A DNA stretch of 64,000 bases, from the NCBI GenBank assembly GCA_964035545.1, contig OZ037765.1, positions 13,402,698 through 13,466,697 on the forward strand, given 5' to 3'. Below, in pieces: positions 45,847-57,800 of this stretch. The translations under genes were made by a program, and so were the position numbers. Each line of letters opens with the position of its first letter. Position 1 is the first letter of the stretch. Origin of the DNA: Bugula neritina (taxonomy: Eukaryota; Animalia; Bryozoa). The notes under the pieces are model-generated. The model had not been told where the DNA came from, did not search any database, and saw nothing but the letters and a program-made list of their open reading frames with translations.

Positions 45847-48800
45847 TTAGTGAAACTCAACTACACCAATGCCATTCTCCGAACATTCGGCCTGTGCGTA
45901 GATATGCCTGTAATCAAAAGTATCAGTGGACTCAGTAGCTCCCGCCTTTATCTCCATACTATGGTAGTCTTTTAGAGACAAGTTGTGCATAGAATAGAGG
46001 GGATGGTCTGTTATCTCACAGTCTATTTCTAGAAATGGTGGTGCATCAAAATCCTTTCCCTCTGCCGTTGTGTACGTTTCAAGAATCATCAGCTGCAAAC
46101 ACCTAAAACCACAAGAAAAATACTGTACAACATAAGTTTATACATATAGAAAATAATACCCATAATACATACAGGCTGAAAATATGAAAATTATCCTGAA
46201 CACTTGATTAGCAAACAATAAAATAGAATTAGTAATTGTGAGTTTTTTTCCAAATTATGATTTTTCTGTTCATACTAAGAAGTAGGAAAATGCTTAATTT
46301 CAGAACATTGGGGCAAGTTCGACAGAACATAAGGTGATTGATGAGAGGAAAATGTATTTATATAAACTGCATCCTCAAGCTGAGTGAGTTAGCTGACTGT
46401 GAAACAAGGCTACTAGGAGATAAAATACTGAACTCATTTTCTAGGTGAAATGTCAACCAACTACACAAAACTTCAAGTACAAGCTTTTATTGAACTACAA
46501 AAAGTTATTTTTTCGAGATCAGCTTTTTTTCATGTAAACTATTAGCATACCAACTCTAACTAAACAGTGTCTCTAAAATTGTAACATTTACAACATGTGA
46601 AAAAAATTTCCGCTTCAAGGACCACAAAACTCACATTATGTTAACATGGTGAAAATAGTTACAAAATCTTCATTTACATATTTGTTAATAATTTAGAATT
46701 ATGTTTGAAATCTAATGAAATGCTAGCAGAAAATTGCATTGGCCCGTTTTATAAACTGTGGGCAATGAAATTTTTATTTCAATGCATGAGAAGAGTCTAT
46801 GCAGCTAAATAATTAAACAGGGTAACAAAATTTAGCAGAACATCATTAAGATTGTACAGATGTGATTAGTGTCTTTTATGCACTTATGCATGTCACATTG
46901 CACTTAATATTACATTGCATAAAATTGGAAATTTTTTAGAAAGAGTGATGTATTAGTATTTACTTCATTATACACTTGAATTCCTAAATCTAAAAAGCCT
47001 TCATATATACCTAACCTATGGAAAAATGCATTAACAGCTTCAGTACAGCTGATATTAATCTAGTAGTCACTGCTATAGAACATTGTCAACATTGTTCATA
47101 ATACATTATATCATACCAATAATAGTTAGGGGAGCTGTTAATACATACTGAGCATGAAGACAATCTTAAAAATCAGAAGACGTGTGCTGACACATACCTG
47201 GGGTGACATAAGACATACCTGGGGTGACATAAGACATACCTGGGGTGACATAAGACATACCTGAGGTAATATAACACATACCTGGGGTGACAAGGCTCTT
47301 TGTAAATATCAAGCTGAAAATATCGGTTGTTCCAAATAAAGCACCGCCGCTCTTTGAATATCGTGTGATGTTTGTTATCTTTCTGATTCAACAGCATCTG
47401 CATGAAATATAAAAGAAAAACTTTGAGAAATCACATTTCTAAACTTAGTTACTAAACAAAGCAGGAAGATTTGGAAATCTGAAACAGAACTAACCTGGTA
47501 AGTTCTACCACTGATTTGCTTTCTAAGCTCAACCCTCTGGCCTTTGATTTTAGGCCTTCGCACTGTATGAGTGAATGTATAGAAACCTAGAAAAAGATTA
47601 TTGTACTCCGACATACAAGTAGATAAGTCTTGAAAAAGTATAGGTAAAAATTAATTAACAATTTATATACATGCGTGAAGTAATGGGAGAGTATCTAAGC
47701 ATGCAATTTGGCCTAGTGCAATCAGATGCTGTTTTATTATAACTTTTCAAACAATTTTTCCAAAAATACAACAGTAAAAGCATTGAAGCAAGCTATCATC
47801 AGTAAAATTGACGTCAGAAACCTTTTGCATGATCAAATTTCCCTACATAAAATTTCTCTTAATGTTTAAACCAATCGTATTAAACATTTATATGCTCAAT
47901 ATGAAAGGCAAAATTCATCGAATTAGATTATGGCAATTTCCTTACTTTGACTTTAAGAACTCAATAGTTAGAAAAAATAGTCATGAAGTATACTGTATAT
48001 TTAGCACTACAACAAGCAAAAAATTACATGCCATGCAGTGGAGTTTTCATCATTTAATAGAGAGCTGATTGTTAATAATGAAGCTTATAGTTGAACTAGT
48101 TCAATAACTAAGCCTAATGGACTGAATTATTTGGTAAAGCATCATTGGCTGGTGACGTGAAACAATGAATATCTAATTTCAAGTATAAAGAAGGTTATTC
48201 AGGAATGTAAAGACAGCAGTATTGTCATTAAATGACTACAAAAGCTGAGAATTTACAAGGTGTTGACTGTCAAGCATAAATATTACGTAAAAGGTTATAC
48301 TGATAGATTCTATCATTAAAGTTGTATCCTAAGAGTGTATTCTGGTTTATATTATAACAATTATAATGTGTGAAAAATGAAAAACCACAAGAGAATGAGG
48401 AGAAAACTCCAAGAATTCATATGTATATTACCAAAGCATTGTACAACTAAAATTGCACCCTACAAAGTTGTAACCTATATTACATGTGTACAAAGCAACA
48501 ATACATGCAATACACACGCCTACAATACATAACAACTGTAATGCAATTAAATAAACTCCATACAACTGGTATTACCAGTAATTACGAATAAGTAGCACCA
48601 ACAGAACAAATTACCAACGCTACAACTACTACAGGTGTAGAGCGAATATATACCTATATAGCAGCTATCAACTGGAGCAGCTAATTATAGCTTGGCGTGC
48701 TGCCAGCATTAGCTGTGTGTAGGCAGTTGAACTGTAGTTAATTCACTCTCATATCAAGCAAAGATTGTGATAAACATCGTAGGCATCCAGGTTATTTTGA

Positions 48801-51800
48801 TAAAATCAATTACTGTTAATTGAAAGATCATACTTTTTTAGGTACATTCACAAAATATATAAAAAAAATCTCAACTCAATATACCAGAAAAAATGAATTA
48901 AAATATATGTGTTAATAGCACTGATATTGACGTGACCGTGGCACATGAAAAATCTGAAAGAAGAGTTGTCTTCTTTTTTTCTATATTAATATATAGAGCT
49001 TGTCGTGAAAATAAAGATTTAAAAAAAAAATATTGTGACCCTCTGGTAACTTCCAGAATTTAGAAAATTGGCTCATATATTTCCTTTTATGTGGACAACA
49101 GCTCACTTTTTTTTAAATTTATTTTGAAGCTCTTTTCGTAAAAAATATTTAAAAGTAAAAAATCCAAAATTTTTACAAATTGGTTCGGGGCTTGATGTGA
49201 AAGGCATTTAGACGAAGATGTCAAGGTCACCATTAATAAATTTATTTTATCACAATACTGCACGGAAAGTTAATGAAGTGAGCTGAAAATTAGGTTGCTA
49301 GCATATCGATATACATTATATTGAATGTTGCAGTATTATTTTTTAAATTTGTTTTATCAGTTATGTTTAACTTCTTCATAGAGCTGCTGTTAGACTAAGA
49401 GTAAGACATAATATTAGCAACAATGATAATAATATTAAATTCACGAAGAAGTATCACTATCACTATGAGTATGAGTATGACTATGACTATCACTATGAGT
49501 GTCGTAATCGTATAAATTAATTATGAGTATGAGTATCACTATGACATTAACTCAATCAGTGATTGACTAATACTGTGAATATGACTATGCATAACTCAAT
49601 GAGAATATCAATATGAATATGGCTTCTAATTCTTGTAACTTTTGACTATGACGATGCTGATAGTGATAATCAGTATCACTGCCAGCCCAAGTCTCATACT
49701 CATAGTGATACTATTACTATTGTTTATTAGTATTAATAATTAGTATTACTATTAGTACAACTACTAGTATTACTCATAGTTCTGTTAATGATGCAGATGA
49801 TAGTTTTAGAAGTTCTACTTCTACTTTTATAGTACGCTAGATTGTATATGTTGAACTCTACTCATTTTTTACTACTAATGCTAATAGTAATAGTAATAGT
49901 AATAATGATTATAGTTGTTATAATGATAGTAATACTAATGGTAATTATAACTATTTAAATTTGATAATTTATGTTTTACAACAGCATTATCACTTATCAA
50001 TTACATTGGTTCATAATATGCTTATTTTAATTTTGCTTTGTGTGTTTTGTCATGTTATAAAATTAAGTTCGTATGGTTATTTAATGAACTAGAGAACTAG
50101 CCAAATGTTATGTAACAGTTGCAATAATTTACTATAAACTCAGTGAAATTTAAAACCTAATTGATATTACTATGACATTGATTGAACAGAGGTAGCTGAA
50201 ATATACATTAAATTACCAATAATTTTAACTCGCCAATACACTATGAGTAGAACAATCAAATGCAATAATAGAAAATTAATTAATCATAGCAGCCCGTTGC
50301 TTGAAGAACATCGAGCTACATGTCTAAAATTATGTAGTTTTGTGATCCATTACATAACAAAATAATTTTTTTCAAACTGGTTTAATACTTTTATTATGAA
50401 CACGCTTATCAAAGTAACATGTTTGTAATGTATATTCTATTAAAAAAGCAATCACATCAGGTTTTCAATTTGTATGTTGTACAATGTTTATTATGGTGAC
50501 AAGTTACTAAATCATATGGTTCAGCTTTGTAAAGTAAAGCTGATAAAATAAATACAAGTATGTGATTGTTTTACTGCTATATATTAAATTTAAATGAGTT
50601 GAATAATATCCTAGTGCAGTGAATTAGATATTTTTTAGCTTTGGTACACCTGTTTGTTATAGGCTAACATTCTACCAATAGAAGAATGGTGCAAGTAGAA
50701 GAAATTTCAGGCGCAGAAAGCTAAGGAGCAGTCAGAATGCTGCCAGAGTTGTGAAGAGGCGCTTAAAAAAGCTGAATTTCAATAATGACATGACATTCGT
50801 AACATATCACCCTGGTGTATTTGAACTGACATGGCCAGCAGAGTTCTCAAAGTCACATTCAACAGCTATTTACATCATCATGGTTAGCTTAAATTTAATT
50901 CCTTTATTAGTCTCTAATATATAGTTTGATATCTGCTGTAAATTCGCTTAAGGAGCATACACATAACCAAAACTGAGTTACACTATAGTATTTGTTCTTG
51001 AATATATTTACCAAGATAAGTAGATAATTTGCTAATTCATCAACAGTAAAATTATAATGATACAACAATTTTTCTTTTAGATGATTCAATCAATAACACA
51101 AGACACTACAACATGGTTTTGCAGTTATAGAGTATTAATTTTCTGGCTCTTTCCAAATCTTCATAGAAGGCAAAGAAAACCACCGTCAGCTTGCCTTTAT
51201 AACTGAGTGCAAGCTTCTTCCACCTACAGATGATGATAAACAATTTGCTGATGTGGAACTTTCTAATTTTGTTTACAATGAAGATAGATTATAGGACATT
51301 ATTCTTTATGTAAAGATTGTCAAGTTTTGTTATAATTAAGAACAGTTTTAGTTTCAATAAATCAGTTCAACATTATGGACATCATTGCACAAACATTTTA
51401 ATCTTTACTACCTACAAAGGTATCTGATGGACTACTTGAAAATACAAAACTATGCTCCAGATACACAATGAACTGACCAGCAAAGTTAAAATGAGTTGGA
51501 GATGTAGAACATAATATCTTGTTCAAGGCTTTTCCCTGCTGTTGGAACCTTCTACTTCAGAACACTGAAATGAACAAACATATGTAGATATATAAAACTT
51601 TGCAAACAATAATAATGTGAAATTAGTTGCTAAGTATGACATTGCTAATAAATACAGCGTTGTGTAATGTTTCATTTAATTGTTTTTTGAGCCATTTGAT
51701 CTATAGGCCCGCATAGTATTTACTATATTATAACTAATAAATGGCAGACACATTATGTCAGACCAGTCTCCATTTAAATAGAATAGTGTAGGCTATCAAA

Positions 51801-54800
51801 TTTGTAGAAGTAAAAAACCGCATTCTTATCGAGTAAAATGCTTACCTTTTTTTTCATGATGCCTCTACTGCTAAAAAGAGAAGTTTTTATCAATACAGCT
51901 CCATCAATCTGTATCCCGATGAAGCTAGTAGTTTAGGAACATTTGTGGCGGGGAGTGTAGGCTGAGCTGCAGTATAGGAAGAACCCCAACATATGTAATC
52001 TATTCAGCACATTATATGTATTGTAGAAATTTATTCAAAAAAGAATTTAGAAAATGCTTTATGAAGCATGAACAAAGTAAATATTAATGCTGGTGAAAGT
52101 AATATTATTACACCCATTAGAGTTACTAGCAGCTATAGCATTAAAATTATGTATTTTTATAAAATGTGTCTAATTTATGCTACAAAGTTATTACTGCCAA
52201 AGGTTACAAAATTTACCAGTCGCATTCATGCAGCTGATGGAGAATAACTAACCTTCACATGCAATAAATACAATTAGTAGCTCAATCTAAAACTAATGTT
52301 ATGAGTATAAGTTATAGTTATTCTAAGGAATAATTGCAAAAAAAGTTACTTAGAGGAATTTAACTCTTATTATAATGTAATTATCTTCCAAGATATATTA
52401 CAACATCACTACTTGGATGCATACAATGTCATATTTATATTGGCATCAACATAATTTTCAATAATTTCCAATCTATTAACTTGAGCATTATGATTGTGAT
52501 TATTTTATAAATAAGGCGATGATTAGGCACTGTTGGTATTTTGGTTCAATTTATTTATAGCTGTAACAGGCAGAGTTGTAAATATAATGGATATATCAAA
52601 ATTCCAATAGGTATAGTACTCTAACACAACATTGATACTAATAATTGTAGTCACTTACTCTTAGAGTTAGTGAATGATGATACAGTGATAACAATTCGAA
52701 TATCAATCAGCATTAGAGATAGACTGACTGCTTTATAATATTATAGTTATTATGTCAAATTGAATTTATTCACTATAACTAAAAAAATTATGATTATAAT
52801 TATAAATTAAAATAATTTAAATATTATATAATATATTGATAATTATTGGAATCATAATTATATTTATTGTTATGATCATTATGATTATAATTATTTAATA
52901 TTATCTTTATGTTTGTATTTAAAGTTGTTCCTTAAATCTAAAGTTGTTTAAGTTTTATAAATTTATTATAATTATATTACTGTATAAGTATTGCTATTAG
53001 TATTAGTATAATTAAATTATTATAATTTATTTTTATTATTTATATTTATTTTACTTTTTATTTTAAGACCAACAGTTCAAATTAATACTTGTGTCGTTTG
53101 CTTTATATTATAACTTACAAGTATAACTATTAACATAATAATATTAGATTTGCTATTAGTATTACTATGAATATAAATATTTATGTTAATATAGCTATCG
53201 GTATAACTTATACTTATAGTTATAACTAATATTACAAGTATTACTATTAGTATTACTGTAAGTGTATTAGTTTCGAAACTGATCCTGCTCCGTAACATTA
53301 ACATACTGAATACTCATACTCATACTGTCATATGATTATCATTATGACTAATAATGGTATTAATAAATATAACCATTGAATATTATTAATAATAGTTCAC
53401 CAATACTAATAGGCGATAGTCATAGACTTAGAGTGAGAGTCATAGACATAGACTAGTGATACTCATACTGATAGTCATAGTGATACTGTGATTCAGAATC
53501 AGTCATTCACTGATTCAATTACAAATTTTAAAACTTGGTTTTACGTAGACAACTACTAACCTATAGTTCATCACAAAACGGTTGAAAATCATCATTTACT
53601 GCATATTTAAGAGTAATTTTCTGGTAGTGTGGTCGACATGATAATTGAAATTAAAATAGGAAAAATAATTATTTTGTGATTTACAGCAAGTTACAAACTA
53701 GCGAAATGGAATAGTCCATTTGAAAACAGTCAAATTAGTTACCTTTCTTGCTGTTGCGTAGCTAACGTTAGTTATTAGTAGCCGCCCGAAGAGTAACATT
53801 CATGTGATTTGAGCTACGAATAACGAAATCTGTGACAAACCCGCTTCTTAATAACTTTACGCGATATAAACTCACGCTACAATAGGGCTATTTTGCCATC
53901 CCCACGTCAGAATAGGACACGGAGGGCAAGCTCGCGGGCAAGTCTGGGCAAGTCTAAGACACCTAATATGACCACTTTTACTTGCATTTTTGTAGTGTTT
54001 TCGTATAAGAAATTGGATAAAATGCTGATAAAACAGTTGAAAAGCATGCAAACTTTTGCTCAAATGTAATAAATAACCTGGATGCTTACGGCCTTTAAAA
54101 ATAGATGAGTGTTGGCCGAACTCGAAGTTACTTGAATTATGGTGAAAAGTTAATGGCAACCTGGCTTACCATCACGGCCTCTTTTCCTAACTCTGGCTTG
54201 CATTTTGGGATCTGGAGTAACCAAATAATTGTGAATGACTTCAAACTCTTTATAAGGAGGCCACGACTAAAATGGCAAGATGAGAAGTTAAGTATATACA
54301 ATGTTATTACAGAGATGAATGCTACTGCTTATTGCACTACACATACAACCGCAGAAACTATCATTATGATAATTATGCTGGAATTATATTCATCTACTCT
54401 TTGTGTTAGAATAATTTATATCATTTGGTTTCCTTTATATAATATGTAGAACATTTTCTGTATTGTCCTAAAGCACTGCCCAAGTGAAGGCAAGCGTGTG
54501 CAAATTATGGTGGTAGCCATCTATCAATAGGGCAACAGGTATACTAGCCTAAAATAAGCTCCAAGATGTCACATGACATCCTACTACGTAGCTGTGGAAC
54601 AGAAGGCAGTGAACTTACAGCCTGGTCACTGATGGACTTGACAAGATATTTATGCTTCTTGCTGTTAAGTTCCAATCTGTCAGCCACGTCCACACCTATT
54701 CTCCTGCACACGGCCTGCAAGAGTCTCACCATTATAACTTATATGATTATCACAGGTTCGCTGGGATAAGTGAAAAAGACGGTAAAGAAATATAGAGAGT

Positions 54801-57800
54801 TAAATATAAGCTGACTTAAAGGGTGAGTGCCACAAGAACTAATTTCCCAACTCACAAACCAATAAGCACACGTAAAATATGGAACTATTAAGCAGCATAC
54901 CTCAGCATATTATACTAAACAAATCTCTAACTACAAATCCAATAATCCAATTACTATATAGTAAGCACCACCGGCCAGTTTCATTGCATAAGAAGTTATT
55001 ACAATAAATACAGGAGCCAACTCTGACCTAAATAGCAGTCAATTACTGAGAGGGTATTCACCAAATATCCTATTTATTACAAGTGTTAATATCCTTAGTA
55101 TATGAAATGGATTGAACTACAGAACTCTTTAATCAATGAGTTTATTTCTGTATATAATATGCTTACAGCCATCATTCGCATACACTTGGCATTGAAGTCT
55201 GTGCTGTTATCTATAACATCGTAGTAAGGATGGCCCACCCACGCCTGCAAAGAACACAGCGCAGTTCTGTAGCATAAGTTTTAAAATTTCAAACTATCAA
55301 AGAGAAAAATTTTGCTAAAAAATTTTCTTGAGATATCAGGACAATCAACCAATCATTAATCATCAGAAAGCTTAGAAAAATGTTTTACCAAAATTTTGTT
55401 TTTATAAAATACTTCTCAGAATGTTACAAGCGCAGTTTTTAGCTTACATAAACTTGTTCAACTGTAACTAAAGTTATCTTTTCAAAGTAAAATTCCAGAC
55501 ACCATATGTTTTACAAAAACTGCAAAAGGACACTGCTAGAAGCTTCAATTCATATGTTAAAGCAGTCAAGTTAATTATTGACGAGAAACTAAACTTGCTC
55601 ACATTCTGTATTTTAAATTATAATGAGAGAGTATTCATTTAAACTTTAAAGAGAGAAAAACAGCCCATTTATAAACCACACAATACAAAATCCAGTGAGC
55701 AAAACTTAATTAGAATTCTATAAATTGAAGGATATTTATAACAAACAAAAATATTTCTGGTTTAGAAAATACAATAATATTTTAAAAATTAGCTTCTTTC
55801 TAGATATATAAATTATTGGGTTACAAATAAAAAACTCTTACAAGATAAAAATGAGAAAATAAATAAGCTTTGTCAACAGATAAGCAATGGAGCAGCCATG
55901 GTCTAGGGGTTAGAGCGTTTGCCTAGTTATCACAAAGTCATGGGTTCAAATCCCGACAAAGACCATTGGTAATGTTAGAAAGAGCATCCAGTCATAATTG
56001 CTCCTGTGCCTCATCTGAAGAAGTCCTTAGCCAGATTTAACAAAAACTTTTTCCATCAGGGTTTCTCACAGGGATTGGAACTAAAAACTTGTGTGAGTTT
56101 TTATAACAGATAAGCATTGCTACAATATTTGAAATTCACACAAAGCGGTCATAGAACAATAAATCTTCATAAAATGCAACTTCTTTACAAATTCTTAAGA
56201 CAACCTGACAGAAGTGGTTCTGTTTCAAGCTAAACAGAACAATGTAATCATCACATGAAACTAAAAGTCTTACTCCGTATCTCTAAGGGTAAAAAATAGG
56301 TCAAAGTATTTTAAATTCTATCTATAGAGTTGCTAGCCAAAAGTCATTGAACATGCCATGTTGAATTACATAAGCTGATTTGTCCACCAAGTGATAATTA
56401 TATGGATAGACTTCTACAGTTTAAAGGAATCCCAAATTATTGAATACAGTTCTTAACTTTTAAATATAAAAATAAATGCCTTATATAATTACCTGAGCTA
56501 CTTTATCATCCAGTTCACAGGCTAGCTCTGGGCCCTCGTGTCTCACCACATGCTCTTCTGTGGTGTAGAATTCAATAGCACCCCTAGCAGCTGTAGTCAT
56601 GTGTATTACCTGACCATACCTGCTATCTCTCAACTCAACGTTGTTCCACTTCTCTTTAGAGATGAGTTTTTCCCATGCCTCCCTGGGCATATCTGCATCA
56701 GGTAGAGGAGAAAGCTATTCAACACACACATAGATATTCAATTATACTACTTGCCAACAGCTAACCACTCTACCTTAAGAATTATAACACTCAAACAGGT
56801 GAACACATTACCAAGTAATTTATTGTATTGCAAAGCATGAAATATTGATATTTCTAACTGTAGAAGGACAAAGTTTAAACAAACAGAAAAAGCTGAAATA
56901 AAGTTACAACAGATCTGATGTCAAAACATTATTTGCAATAGCAAACCATTGCAGTAAGTCAGCACTTTGGTATTCTCACAGATATACTAGCCGCAAATAG
57001 AGATATTAGTTCCCGTGTTACACTTTTCTTTCAAGCCAGTTGGTGTAAAATAAGATGAAGATATTTGATACGTACAGGCAGAGGGATCCATCACTCCTCT
57101 GTCACATATGACTATACAATTAGCATTGGACATCTCTGCCAGGTCAAAATATGTCTGCTCTATCTGCATCATAGTCTTGATTAGGTTCTGCTGAAACCTT
57201 TCAGCTATTCAATATACATGTATACTATATGAGTGTGTACATGTATACTATATGAGTATGTACATGTATACTACATGAGTGTATACATGTATACTACATG
57301 AGTATGTACATGTATACTATATGAGTGTGTACATGTATACTATATGAGTGTATACATGTATACTACATGAGTATGTACATGTATACTATATGAGTATGTA
57401 CATGTATACTACATGAGTGTGTACATGTATACTATATGAGTATGTACATGTATACTATATGAGTATGTACATGTATACTACATGAGTGTGTACATGTACA
57501 CTACATGAGTACGTACATATATACTAGAGAGAATGTTTATTAATAGAAAGCTATAGAAACCATCAGCAGGGTATAAAAATTATAATCCTAACCTTGTTCC
57601 ATAGTTAAATCTGTCCATTTCACACCACCACTAAAACATGATCACAAAATTGTAAAATTACTTCTACATTTGCATTATTATCAAAGCAATGAAATGGGTC
57701 ATTTAAAATCTTATTACAAGTATGACAGTTTAACATAGTCTATTTTTAGTGCTGCTCTGTGTATAGCCTAGAGAAGTGTGGCAGACCAGAGGAACTTTAG

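Noticed and set aside
52672-52730. C/D box snoRNA (ATGATGA...CTGA)
   Set aside because: The motifs are expected by chance in the periodic tract; there is no recognisable rRNA guide, and it is on the strand opposite the host transcript.
54105-54449. 114-aa plus-strand ORF
   Set aside because: It is the antisense shadow of a real TTD14 exon (~54170-54266).
55889-55960. tRNA gene
   Set aside because: A and B boxes are present, but there is no complete acceptor stem or cloverleaf. It continues into a shared body with TSDs and has a second diverged copy, so it is a SINE head.
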